Shown here: in pieces, positions 1 through 13,880 of the stretch | How positions within the stretch are numbered: position 1 is the first letter of the stretch | How the letters are laid out: every line of letters starts with the position of its first letter | NCBI GenBank assembly: GCA_903813345.2 | Contig: CAIIXF020000001.1 | Location: forward strand, 31,372,001-31,436,000 | Reading direction: 5' to 3' | Length of the DNA: 64,000 nt | DNA from: Owenia fusiformis | Lineage: Eukaryota | Translations under genes and position numbers: made by a program | The notes under the pieces: model-generated | The model's database searches: none | Told to the model about the DNA's origin: nothing | Seen by the model: the letters and a program-made list of their open reading frames with translations, nothing else

Positions 1-339
1 TTAGCATTCCAAAACTACAACATATCAGGGAGCTTGTTGAACAAAGATATCACAGTATTATACTATATACTCTATATCTGACATCCTTTGCTCCTATCTA
101 CCACAAAGAGTTAGTCTGTGACCATAATCATTCACCTATACAGGATAGAAACTTCAGAGAGGAGATACAAACACAACATTGCATTATCAAGCAAGACAGC
201 TGGCTGCCTGTTAAATCTTACCTGCCAAATTCTAATCAAGCTGTACCTTGATATAAACACAGAAATATCAATTTTCACATTAATTACCCCAGAGAGCAAC
301 ATCATGAATCTTCGCTGTAGGATGATCATATATACTCAC

Positions 340-366
340 CTTTAGAGATAGCGGACTGTCTGTCAT
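340..366 (-). CDS. Candidate 27-nt alternative exon of the same gene (MTDSPLSLK)
   Basis: The minus strand reads gttagttctctcag|ATGACAGACAGTCCGCTATCTCTAAAG|gtgagt. It has a consensus donor, is phase 0/0, and ends in CTAAAG like exon 2. Confidence 0.4.
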
Positions 367-1695
367 CTGAGAGAACTAACGTATTGTAATAGTCCTCACT
401 CCAACTGGGGATAGATGCTTCTGCAGCCAATTATTCTTATAATCTAGAGTAATCATCAAGCTTCCAGTATAATTATCTGTCTTTCCATTGTCAATGAATT
501 ATTGCAATAAGCTTCACTTGCTTTTGTTTGAAGTCTGGATAGTGGAAAATATAAGTTGACTAGGAGAATAAATGCTGAAGTAACATAACTAGCTTGAATC
601 GTTGATTCAACCCTCAATTGACTCTCATCATTAGTATGGAGAGCACCCTTTGAAATTAGCTCCAAGCCCTCTCTATACCATCTGCATAAATTGATTACAA
701 CTTGTAAATGGATCAGTGATGGTACTGTACTGCTACATTATTATATTACAAGGCATGGAGGGCTCCTCTATGATTTTAACCAACGACATAATTGAATTCC
801 ATACAAACCAAGTGCAAATTCAAGCTGACATTATACCCTGTTTATAATGTTAGTGTGGTAAAATTATCTCTAATCAGTAACAAAGTAAATTAACAATTTT
901 GTCATAAGTCATCGGGGAGGATTTTTTTCAGGACATAGCTATACTACTTGAAACCTAATAAGAATCTCCTATCCATTCATAGAGGGAACTTTTCTATAGC
1001 ATATTTCTGGAGTTTAATGAAATCAATTAGAGCAAGTATCTACTATAGTATCTACTAGCATCTTCCTTTATGTAGCATTTTACATCCTCAATCATTTCCA
1101 ATGCATCAAATTATGAAAATAAAAAACTAAGCTTGAGAATACAACCTAAAATATATTTTGACCAGTTTAAACACATTTCTGAGAGATATTAAACTGCTTC
1201 AAGTTAAGAACACCGTTAACTGCACACAGAACAACAACTTCAAAAGGTCAATGATTCAATGAGTTAAAGTACATGTATGTTGAACAACATTCAATTATGC
1301 CTGTTTCATAAAAATAAAGAACATAAAAACTTACCTTCATATCTGTAGAGCAATTACGAAATATCACATGTAAAAGTTGGTACTAAAGAATACTAAAACA
1401 AATCCTACGCTTAGCTGATATAATTATTATGTCTATATGATACACTTGTTGTTTAGTTTCATCAAATCATAACTGGAAAATAATCACAGGCTGTGCATAA
1501 TAACACTGTATCAGCTGGTGAAAGAAGTGCCGAACTCAGCAGTCCTAAGTTTGGGTGAAGATTTACTCAGGGTAGCTAATAAACTCCTCTGTGCGAGATA
1601 TTATAACACAATTGCAGAAATTGACCCTTGATACCAATGAACCTGTTGCCATGTGCTGTATTATAATCTCCATGTATGAAATGTTTGTATAAATA

Positions 1696-1934
1696 CAGGG
1701 TGACCCAAAAAATCGAAACCCTTTAATTTTACGCGGTACTAACTTCGACAGCCATGTTGGACAATCCAACAAAAGAGCATACCTTGAAATATAAAACCTG
1801 ATTTCTCAACATTTTTAGGTCCTAAATGCAATATCAGTTTGCTTGCTTGAATACTATAATGTATCTTTACAAGAAAATTCTACCATAGTTGAGTTATTCC
1901 AAAATTAAAGGATAACAGTTTTTAGGTCAACCTG
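1696..1934. mobile_element. Tc1/mariner-type MITE
   Basis: TA|CAGGGTGACCCAAAAAA ... TTTTTAGGTCAACCTG|TA: imperfect TIRs with TA on both flanks. Confidence 0.55.
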
Positions 1935-4900
1935 TATAAAGATAAAAGAGCTGGATGATGAACAAAACATTAAATCAATAAAAAGGATGTTGATTTATAC
2001 ATCTAAAACTTGGTATTTAAAGGTCTAAATATAAGTTCATTAATTGTACAATAATAGTTAATTTTTTCTCCATTTAATGTTTTATCAAGTTATGGCATTA
2101 CTCTAGTCTATGCTTTATCTTTGACGAACATGAACTATCTTGATAACCCCTTCACATCAATAAGTGCACTCAATATTCAGAGTGTCACTGAATTATGTCA
2201 TTTCAAGTTGTACAAATTGTTTACTCATATTTGTTCAGTTTTCCTTTCAATATTGCTGCATTTGGAATGTTGCTATAGCGATAACAATTAAGTGGTTTTG
2301 CAGTCTATAAGTAAGGTCACCAGGTTGTTATTAAAAAGTGTAGAAAATACTAAACATTAACCTTGAATCAATGTTACAAAAGTAATTAATAAAAATAAAA
2401 TTAACTAACCGAGCAATTCATTGCCATTATTTCAAAGCTTTGGATTATCAACCTAATCTTCACAAAACAATACTCAAGATTATAAAAAAATAGGTCATAC
2501 TGCGACAAGTTTATGTAAGGTTCATCTGAAAGAAGTTATGAAATCCTCCTATTGGACTGAGGGAAGATATCATATATCTCCTCGAAGAATATTCTACATA
2601 TCCAAACCAAGGGATAACCTTTTAGACATATTATTAATGTGCTTAACAAAATGAATCATTCGTTGTGCAATTACTTGGTCATAACAGTAGTTATATGACT
2701 GAGTTACACTCTCACATAGAATACAGTACTAACCCTGAACTTGAGATGACTTTAGTACAGTATGTATGTAATCTCAAGAAGGCAATTTCTGAAATTCATT
2801 TTTATCTTAAATTCTATGTTTTCCTGATACATCATTGGAAGATACTCATTGTACATGGAAAGTGATTGATGGGAAAGTGCCTATCATAAAGCTTGATAAG
2901 CTGAACAATTTGATGGATGGAACTGCATGTCTAGTATACACATAGAATAAGGTCACAATCAACCCAATCAATCTTTGAAGACATAAATAGAGTGTTTTAG
3001 TTGCTGTATAAGACGCAAAGAGGATGAAAGAGGAAACTTAAACTATGATTCTGAGGATATTGTACCTAATTGTCTTCCTTCCTCTTTGAATATAGAGTTT
3101 TTCTCTCAACGTGTCCTTTATTGGATTCTCTGTACCAATATTACAAACAAACTGTGTTCAAGTGTGTGCTACTAAGTCATATGAAGTACTACAAGTTATT
3201 CATGATTCAAGTAAAATACAACAAAATATAGTGTGGCACATATTTTGAGGGCAAAAGATATTTCTATATTTTACTAAAAGGCTCTAAAACGCATTGGGAA
3301 ATGATATTAGGCATGTTTTAATTGTTATTTTTCAATAGAAAATGGATATGATGTCTATCTACAGTTTATACAAGTATGTCCAAAAATATTAGATGGAACC
3401 TTGAATGTTTTAGGATTCAAATTCGAATGATGAACTTAGTGACCTTAGTTATGACCTTGGTGATGGCATTAATGACCTTGGAGCTGAGCGTCTCATTGGA
3501 TTCATAAACAATGAACATAAGTGGTCTTGTTTCTATATATATATTAAATAATACCATGGCAACCTGGTAAATTAACGGAAAGATGATGAAACACAGGCTG
3601 TATGAAGTTCAATAAATACCTGATCACACAGGCAGAGACCTAATCAGAAAATTATTAGAATTGATTGCGACTCAACAAGGCACGTATCACCCATAGGGGA
3701 ACTAGCAATTGCAGCTGCATACCATTTGGTAGAACAATATATAAGCCACATCTAATATCCACGACACCATCATACTGTGTATTTCTTATAACAGAGGACA
3801 GAGCTTCTATTTCTTATTATCCTAAGTTCCTTACGAATGAAGTTCAGTTATGATATAGTAAAGCTTCGTCTGTCGGTGTGGCCATCCAAAATATAGCTTG
3901 GGTATTAGTGAACTAATTTTCTTTATATTTGATAGAAATATTTATATTGGTAAATAGTTTTACCTAAAAATACCTTTTATTCCATGAAAACAAGAATTTC
4001 TATTAAATTTGAGGAATTCTGAGATTTCACTGTTATATACTTTTTATGTTCAAATCGTAGGTTTTTGTCCTATGCCATGTAGAGTTTTAGGGAGATAAGT
4101 TGGTAAGATATATCCCGTATCCTGATTTTGAGGTTTCCATATCCAGAACCTCCATATCTCCCGCCTTATCTCCCGCTTCGGTGCATATCTTCCCGCTTCC
4201 GGTAAGTAGTGGAAATGCAATAAAATGACTTTGCATATGAATGATTTGTTTTTTTTACACCTTGTATTATTGAAATGGCCATATGCCCCTGAAAACTCTA
4301 CTTGGTATAGGATAAAGCAGTTATGTACGGTCGGTATGGATATTGGGTTCGTCCCTTGTGAGATATGCATATACGGTCCCTCAGGTAGATATGCATATCT
4401 CCCTCTGGTTAAACCCCATATCCAAAACCTCCCAGTGCATAACCCTTATATATTATAACAGCAGATTGTCATTATTATTATATTGTGACACATACCAGAT
4501 TCATGAATAATTTGTTTGTTGGGACTTGCTTCTCTGTGGAATTGCCATTTTTTAGTTACATAACATGACACAATCACAATCGTTCTCATCTTCAGCTATA
4601 TCTGTTTATAAGAATTCAACCAAATAAATAAGTAGTAAAATACATTTATAGTTTAGGTAATAAACCAGAATCTCATGAAATGACCAACAAATGTTTTTGA
4701 TAAAAATACTTTCACAGCTTGATCAACATATGGATGTTCAATGTCCTGGGAAAGCCTTTAAATTACTCAATTTTGCCTCAAGTTATACTGATATAATATA
4801 TTCCTGGATTTTTGGCATTCACCAAAGCAAATCAGAACTAATCAGTAATTAATGCACCTGTTCCCATGTAATATATTTAGATTTAAAACATTTGCCATCA

Positions 4901-5655
4901 CTCATTAGTTTCAGTTGTATCTAAAAATACAGCATGACGTGTGGTACATAACTAGGTTATAATGATGTTTTTTTCTTCATATAAGCAGGTATGTTGTAGA
5001 TGGGTTCTGTGAGGTGTCAGCTGTGACATCAATTAACTTGAAATCCAAGGTCTAATTTCTGGAATACAGTTGAGCATAAAAAAAATCCCTGTCAATAATA
5101 TAATATTTTTTGCAAATATTTTCTAGGGATATAATATTACTTTTTTAAATAAGTGAGGAATTTGCATAACATATAGACATGATATACTACCCAACATACA
5201 GTACTAGGTTTATAATGTATGTACATGATAATCAATACACACACCTATACTTTAGCCTTACTTAATGCATCAATGGTCGACAAGTTTCAGATCTATGAAA
5301 CAAGATTTTCCCATTGGCTGATCATCTGCGAGCACATTCAAGGTTATAGGTTTTTTGATCTAGGGGTTCATATCAAAATCAGAACAGGCATCAGTTCCAA
5401 AGTCTTCTATCTTAAAGGTCATGGATTTATAGATGGGACAGTCTCAGAATATACTGAAAACTCATTACCTGAATGCAGGAGATAAAGCATCCTTGGTCCG
5501 AGGGTATTTCACTTCTTTCCATAAATTTAACAATAAATGAAGTCCTTTGAAGAAGGATGGAGATAAAGTAGATTACAGTGTAAATAAGCCAGTACTTACA
5601 GCAGCCAAGCAAGAATGTGCAGAGGAAGTTTACAACAATAGAGAGGAGATATTAC

Positions 5656-5680
5656 CTTTAGTCCTGAAGCGTAGAACTCT
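5656..5680 (-). CDS. PTBP: 25-nt second coding exon of the PTB-like gene, (G)EFYASGLK
   Basis: The minus strand reads ...ttttgttttatattctaacactttttctctttattctctttccag|AGAGTTCTACGCTTCAGGACTAAAG|gtaat. It has a very long polypyrimidine tract, is phase-2 in and phase-0 out, and is in frame with exon 1. Confidence 0.65.
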
Positions 5681-6939
5681 CTGGAAAGAGAATAAAGAGA
5701 AAAAGTGTTAGAATATAAAACAAAAAATAACAAGAATATAAAATGCATAGAGGAATTTGCTTTTAGTGACATGTGCCTTCAAGTGACATTCAACAGAAGA
5801 TTCTTAGTTAAAACAGAGCATGATAATCATAGTCAAGTCTCAAATCCATCCATTAGTTAGAAAATCCATATGAACTAATGTTCCCAAATTATGTTTTTTT
5901 AAGAGAACATAGATTGGGACAATTACTTCAATAAGTTCAAATCAAGCAATTAGACCGAAAGTTTACCAAGCAAGTCACTTAAAGGTGATAGAGAGGGTAT
6001 CCATTGAAAGAAAACAACTTCTTAGAATATAAAGTGTTGTGTTCTAACAACTTTGTTCAAAACTAAAGAAATTGTGATTAACATACATACAGGTATAGTC
6101 CTATGGAATCAGAAATATTCTACACACTATTTTACAAACAACTAGTCAACATTTAAAATATTTTAACAAGAAACTCTACAATACATTTTACATGCAATAA
6201 GGAGTGTATTTATTCAGGAAGAAAACACAATTTAGAAGTACATGTGCAGCCTATGTATTGTACAAGGTACATGGAGTATAATACATGTACAATTGTACAT
6301 GTAGTGTATATTTTACAGGTACGGTATGTAATAAGCTTGATCCGCTGAACATTAGAACCCTAAAATGAGCAAGGTTAGATCATGACTATTGAAACTGTAT
6401 ATTATACATGGAATAAAGACACAGAGTGGCAGAAGAAAGCAGTCAACTGGCAATAGATCTCTATTGCTTCCAAATCATTGCTATTTTTCCATTGTATACA
6501 TAATTATCTGTGCTTGTGTTTGAGAATCACAGAAAATTGTGTGTGATTTTGCTTCTCCCAATTTGTGTAAAGACCCTGTGAAACACACATCCAAATTCAA
6601 ACCAAAATCCACATAGGCATCAAATTCACACGTGTTTGGAAAAAAGTAATAATGAATGATCACAAAGTTTTAGGCTTTTATTAGTTTGTAATTCAATCTT
6701 TGTAGTTTTTGAATATTGATGAAAGGGTTTTTCGACATATAACTATATTATGAAGTAGATGAATGGAATGACACATCGCAAAAAGGTGGTGCACTTGTGT
6801 TTTTAGGGTATTGTATGAATGTTTCAACTATAATTCTTCGGAATATAAGATAATATTCTAATTAAAGGTATATTTCATTTTAAAGCTGCTTTAATGAAGT
6901 TTTCAAATCAAGTACACTCCTTTCACAATTCTTGCGCAA

Positions 6940-7162
6940 ATATCCGATAAAGGAAGCCATTACGGACCATGTCCTTCAGAATAATTGCGTAATAGATTGG
7001 AACATTATTACAGTTTTGGACAATGACAATAAGAGATTAGAAAGATGGATTAAAGAATCTATTTATATTATAAAGAAGAATAATTACAACATGAACAGAG
7101 TTTACAGAGATCAAGGGAACTATAAATTGGCAGGAATTTGGAATGATTTTTTGGTGAATTAA
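6940..7162 (+). mobile_element. Penelope-like retroelement fragment, C-terminal part of the GIY-YIG endonuclease
   Basis: The translation AITDHVLQNNCVIDWNIITVLDNDNKRLERWIKESIYI...MNR...DQGNYKLAGIWNDFL matches the recognisable PLE GIY-YIG tail pattern (AItdH...IDW...R.IKEaI.I...MNRD.G.Y.L...W). Confidence 0.75.
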
Positions 7163-7336
7163 TATGACGTAATATTGTTTTTATTTAATTGTATTTGTAG
7201 CGCATCAGTTCAGTATTTATATCAATTGAAAAAAGGATCCAGGTGCAATCTAAAACATCTTGAGAAATTTTGAATAAAAGTTGCGAAAAGAAAATATTTT
7301 TGTGATTGAATGGAATTCTTGCTGAAAACTTCACCC

Positions 7337-8950
7337 AACTAGAAAAACAGCAACTCCACGGAGTAGCAAATCCCACCGAACAAAACATATTATGCTTATT
7401 ATAGCTAGTGTAAATGTTGAAATGTTTGTGCACTTGTGAGAGAGAAGCATGAAATTTGGCACAAAGTTAGTTTATACCATTGTGAACTCGGCATCATCAT
7501 ATAAAATTTCAATCAAATCTGTTCACTGGTATTTGAGTTATCAAAGATTACGTTTTTTACGAAAAATTGCCGCCATTTTGAAATTAAGCGGCCATCTTGA
7601 AAATGTTTTGTCGAACATAGCTACTGTGTCCCTAATAATCATCATATAAAATTTGAACCAAATCCGTTCACTGGTATTTGAGTTATCAAAGATTACATAT
7701 TTTTACGGAAAATGGCCGCCACTTTGAAATTAAGCGGCCATCTTGAAAATCTCTTTTTGTGCGAAACTCCTTTGTCCCTAGGCATCAGCATATAAAATTT
7801 GAACCAAATCCGTTCACTGGTATATGAGTTATCAAAGATTACGTTTTTTAAGGAATTTGGGCTGCCATCTTGAAATTCAGCCGCCATCTTGAAAATTATT
7901 TCTTGAACAGAGCTACTGTGTCCCTAGGCATAATCATATAAAATTTCAACCAAATCTGTTCACTGGTATTTGAGTTATCAAAGATTACGTTTTTTACGAA
8001 AAATTGCCGCTATTTTGAAATTAAGCGGCCTTCTTGAAAATGTTTTGTCGAACATAGCTACTGTGTCCCTAAGCATCATCATATAAAATTTGAACCAAAT
8101 CCGTTCACTGGTATTTGAGTTATCAAAGATTACATATTTTTACGAAAAATGGCCCCCACTTTGAAATTAAGCGGCCATCTTGAAAATCTCTTTTTGTGCG
8201 AAACTCCTTTGTCACTAGGCATCAGCATATAAAATTTGAACCAAATCCGTTCACTGGTATATGAGTTATCAAAGATTACGTTTTTTAAGGAATTTGGGCC
8301 GCCATCTTGAAATTCAGCCGCCATCTTGAAAATTATTTCTTGAACAGAGCTACTGTGTCCCTAGGCATAATCATATAAAATTTCAACCAAATCTGTTCAC
8401 TGGTATTTGAGTTATCAAAGATTACGTTTTTTACGAAAAATTGCCGCCATTTTGAAATTAAGCGGCCATCTTGAAAATGTTTTGTCGAACATAGCTACTG
8501 TGTCCCTAAGCATCATCATATAAAATTTGAACCAAATCCGTTCACTGGTATTTGAGTTATCAAAGATTACATATTTTTACGAAAAATGGCCGCGATTTTG
8601 AAATTAAGCGGCCATCTTGAAAATCTCTTTTTGTGCGAAACTCCTTTGTCCCTAGGCATCAGCATATAAAATTTGAACCAAATCCGCAAACTAGTATTTG
8701 AGTGATTAAATATTACATTTTTTACGAAAAATGGCGGCCATTTTGAATTCAGTGGCCATATTGAAAATTCCTTCTTGAGCAGAGGTCCTACACCCATAAG
8801 GCATAAGCCTATAAAATTTGAATCAAATCCGTGATTCGGTATTTGATTTATCGCCCGGACAAACAGACGGACGGACGGAAGAACGGACGGACGGACAGAC
8901 GGACGGACGGCTTTCCTATATCCCTCTCGAACTTCGTTCGGTGGGATAAT
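7337..8950 (+). mobile_element. Helentron-associated non-autonomous element (HINE/DINE-1-like) with central ~109-bp tandem array
   Basis: Subterminal inverted repeat ATCCCACCGAAC (7370-7381) / GTTCGGTGGGAT (8936-8947). There is a short 5' hairpin (CTCCACGGAG), a central tandem array at about 7490-8830, an (ACGG/ACAG)n microsatellite at about 8855-8910, and a 3' hairpin CGAACTTCGTTCG. Confidence 0.75.
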
Positions 8951-9402
8951 TAAGGTTTAAAGCAGAACTAATGTTTGGCTCTCTGTTAATCTCAATATGT
9001 AGCTTTATGTGTAATTGAGGAAAAAAAAAGTACATTAGGTTAAGTGATTATATTGAAAAGAATAATATCGATTGACCCACATAGTTGATGGAGGTTTCGC
9101 ATCAAGGTCACCGGAAGTGTGATGTCATATCAACGTTGTTCACCATATTGTAACCCAATAAAGATGATTAAATATGCCCCATAACATATTTTGACAAACA
9201 AATAATTGACCAACTCGATAAATACTTTAACATATTCATTCATTTCAGACAAAATTCCAATAGGTTTGATTGTGTAATACCACTTTAATAAGCTGATAAA
9301 TACAAAATAATGTCAGAGTTTGACTCCCGATCTTGAAGAGACTTAACATCAGTGATCAGAGATTATTTTGATGTTAACAGCAATATTTGATTTCAAAATT
9401 AA

Positions 9403-10950
9403 AACAAGAACACAAATGTGTACAAAATGTCCCCACCAATGGGTGATCCCATCAAATGGTTATCCTGAAAATGAGTAGACAAGACTTTACCAACACAATT
9501 TTAATTGATCCGTCACACAGTTAACTAGAAAACATGTAAACAAGATTTTAGGATGGAAAATCCAAAATGGCTGCCTTGACATTTACCCAGAATGTCAAAA
9601 AACTAATCTGTTCCTAGATTTTCATACTAAGAATCATCCCTGAAAATATGACATTGATCTACCAAATGGTTCACCTGAAAACGCGTAGACAAGACTTTAC
9701 AGACAAGATTTTAGGACAGAAAATCCAAAATGGCTGCCTTGACATTTACACAGAATGCCAAAAACACTAATCAGATGTAGATTTTCACACTAAGAATCAT
9801 CCCTGAAAATTTGAAATTGATCTACCAAACGGTTCACCTAAAAACGTGTAGACAAGACTTTACAGGCAAGATTTTAAGACGGAAAATCCAAAATGGCTGC
9901 CTTGACATTTATCCAGAATGCCAAAAAACTAATCAGATCTAGATTTTCATACTAAGAATCATCCCTAAAAATTTGAAATTGATCTACAGAACGGTTCACC
10001 TGGAAATGCATAGACAAGACTTTACAGACAAGATTTTAGGACAGAAAATCCAAAATGGCTGCCTTGACATTTGCCCAGAATGCCAAAAACTAATCAGTTC
10101 TACATTTTCATACTAAGAATCATCTCTGAAAATTTTAAATTGATCTACCAAACGGTTCACCTGAAAACGCGTAGACAAGACTTTACAGACAAGATTTTAG
10201 GACGGAAAATCCAAAATGGCTGCCTTGACATTTACCCAGAATGCCAAAAAACAAATCAGATCTAGATTTTTATACTAAGAATCATCCCTGAAAATTTGAA
10301 ATTGATCCACCAAACGGTTCACCTGAAAACATGTAGACAAGACTTCACAGACAAGATTTTAGGACGGAAAAATCCAAAATGGCCGACAATAAAAAAGTGA
10401 TTATGTGTTTTTGCTGATTTCTTCTTACAAAATTATCACATATTACTACTGTTAACAATAACATAGGCTTTTACAACAAAGTAGATCTGAAATTATTTAT
10501 AAAGCTACTAAATAGTTAAAGTATGAAAACTCAAAAACACCATTCAATATGATACAAAGTATTATCGTGCGCTAACTTTTCTTAAGACATTCAAAATGGC
10601 TGACATGACTGAGCTAACAGGTCCAAAACCTAATCAGATCTAGAATGAAGTGAGCTGAACAAGATGTTAAAGTTTTAAAAGCAACTGTGAAGCCGTTTTT
10701 CTTAAAGTTTGCAGACAAAGGATTTTAGGATTTGACTTCAAAATGGCCGACAGGAAGTAGGTATCGAGTTAAAATTTTTTCATCCACATCTGTATGCACT
10801 CATAAGTTATCCCTGAAAATTTGAAGGTGATATCTGTAGCAGTTTTGGAGAAAACTCCCGGACGTACGGACGGACAGACGGACGGACGGACGGACAGACG
10901 GACGCGCCTAGGCCGACAATATGGCCCCACACTATGTGGTGGGGACATAA
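9403..10950 (+). mobile_element. Second HINE-like element with central ~163-bp tandem array
   Basis: Starts AACAAG. SubTIR ATGTCCCCACCA (9427-9438) / TGGTGGGGACAT (10937-10948). It contains about 5-6 copies of a ~163-bp unit (9460-10385), a (GACG/GACA)n microsatellite at 10860-10905, and a 3' CCCCAC...GTGGGG hairpin. Confidence 0.75.
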
Positions 10951-13880
10951 AAAGTAATAACGTCTTTAATTCTGCTCAATTATGTTGGTCTAAGTTTTCG
11001 TGAAATTTTCAATCAGTTTTTCTTTTTCAAAGTTGAACTGAGAAAGTATTACCTGTTAAAATGAATATACTGACGACCATCCTACATTGATTTGATGTGA
11101 AATAGAGATCATTGACATGATTTTTGTGCTGTTATGTTTAGATCTTTTAATTTTATTTTACCAGTTTTCTTTTTTCTCAAACTAGATTCCCTATGTCTGT
11201 CGATGTGACATCACTCATTAATTATGCATGCATGCCCAGTACAATAAAGAAGACAATATGGCGACTTACACAATTCTGAGCCAGAGTGGATATCTCAAAA
11301 TTGAAATAAATATGTTTGTTTATGCATCTATCGAGAACATATGTAACCCAACCAATCTTTTTTTAATAATATACTTGATATTTTAATGAATTATACTTAT
11401 TTTGTGAGCTTATTACCCCTTTAGGTTTGGCAGAAAGGGTTTTATTTTTGGTTTGGGATAAGCAAACTAAAAGATATGAAATGTGTGCAAAATTGTGCAT
11501 GAAGAAACTGTCTTAGAAGACTATCTGGTGAGATATGTCCCAAATCCATCCATTTTTTGGACTAGCAGTTTAAATATGATTCTTCAAAACTGTAGGTAGT
11601 AGTAAAGACATCATAAAAAGAAGTCTATCTTATATAACCATGCAATGATGCAAGAATAGATGTCAATAAAACTTATATCAAAGTACATGTATTTACTAGA
11701 AATCTTTACCTGTTGGTTCTTACTTTAACAATAATACGGTATTTTTGCGATACATTTTCTCAACGTTGTGGAAAATGATAACTTTAGTCAAGTCTCTGAT
11801 AAGGACCTACTTTAGTCAGATGGCACAGCCTAACTAAGGCATAATAAGAGAATGCGTTCTTTAAAATCTTAATAATATAATATTATCTCCAAAAAATCTA
11901 TGATATATCATCAAATAGAGATGTTATTTTGAATTCAAAATGTCAAAAATATAAATTATTTGTAAATAAAAAAAATAACAAGATCTATAATGAGTTATTA
12001 CCCTGGCAACTAGACAGACTTGCAGAGACATCATCTATATCCCTATCAACTTTCCACTGGGATAACTACCTTACCTAATCCAATCAGAATGAACAATGTT
12101 CTTATTTTCTATATTGCAATTATAATAGGGTATTAGTGATTCAATAGGCATGTAAATGGCAATAATTTACCGTTAACTACTGATGAGCTGGGATGTTTTC
12201 CATTTTACATCTTTTTTTATACACAGATCAGCTCTAAACTAAGTCAGCCCCATAATAAATATTCAGTTATGTTAAAAATATCCTTCCTAAACCCTTTATC
12301 TTGAGGATGGAATATGCATACTATGAGATTATATTGGCTCACCAGTTCAACTTACTTCTTTAAAAAACCTGCCTGAATGCTGATTTTCTACTTTGTATGC
12401 AATCATGTACATTTTTGCCAATTTCAACCTAAATTGATCTAGATATAATCAACAACTGCTATAGCTGGAGTTATAGCTGGCACAAATATATTTTACAATC
12501 TGCAATGCTCCTTAGGCAACCAAACATAAAGTAATGTTATTGCTTTAAATAACTTATCGAACATGTAGAAAAAATTAACAACTTGGGGACTTTTAATACC
12601 AGAAGCAGGTTTAAACCACATGATACATTTTTACTCAACCAACAATAAAATCCTTAGAAAAACAAAAGATAAAGATTTTGTTTTATCATTTTAAAGCATT
12701 TCATAGTCATTTGATTACATCGATCTGATTCTCTACCTTTTACATACAGATGGCTAAACACAAAATTGATAGGCACATATCAATTTTTCAAAGAAAGCTC
12801 AATGGACTAGGTCTAACTGATAATTGTCTGATGCTTATACAATGACCTTGGTTTCAGGCATGCATGTACAAATTTACCTTCCATCTACATTCCACATAAT
12901 ACAAAGGTGGATGACACTGCTAGAAAAAGATGAGCTTGTATATATGTTTGTAATGATGTTAATTGGCAACTCCTGATTACTACTATGATAAAAAGTCTGT
13001 TTCACTTTTGAAGCATTATTGGCAGACATTACTAGCCAATTTCTACTTAGTTTAAATGTACATGTACATATCAAGTTTGATGAGAAACATATGAATGCAA
13101 TATTACTCTTAGTTTATTTCTTCAAAGATTTTATTGAAACCTAATGGGGATTTGTGGTTGCCTTAATGTTAAACATTGAGATTCTTATTTAGAAACAGAG
13201 GAGTGATCAATCAATATAACATTTATTTAAATATCAGATATCAGTTAAAAATGTTTGTATATATGAGAGTCTGATTTGAACACCCCATGATGTTACAGGT
13301 AGATAATTTCCTAGGTTTAATCATACAGAACCCTGATGTCTTTGTTTGGAGACATCTGAATTGCAAGTTTTTTTCTATTTGTGTGTCAGCATTGAAATAT
13401 CATTGACTTATTATATGGCATTAGAATCATTATCACTCAAGGACTATGATGGATTCACCTTGACCTCTTCCTCCACTATACTAATTGCCACTAGGATACA
13501 ATATAAACACTGTTAACTATTTTGAATGGTCTTATCAGAGTTTCAGATCCTCAGAAAAACAATACTAGTATGAATGGCAAGATTTTTTTTTAAATTACTA
13601 GTATGAGTTTTTACTAGTATTTTCAAAAAATTACTTGTAATTGAAAGTTAATAACTTTTGTGAAAACTCCAGGGCCTACAGAGCACCCCTTGGTTTAGGC
13701 CGTCAAGTTCCTACTGACTCCCTGAACTGACACTACCATTGCTGGCATTGTCCTTTTTAATCAATATTAAGACTTGATTAATAATCCTGTCACAAACATT
13801 TAAGTAGAACCCAAAATCAGCAAAATCCTAAATGAGAAACAAATACAACAATGTACAAGTGAATGGACAATCAAATGAAA

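Noticed and set aside
7449..8797. Repeated 64-76 aa ORFs (MAAEFQDG...)
   Set aside because: Chance frames in the 437-bp higher-order repeat of a HINE element, with no protein features.
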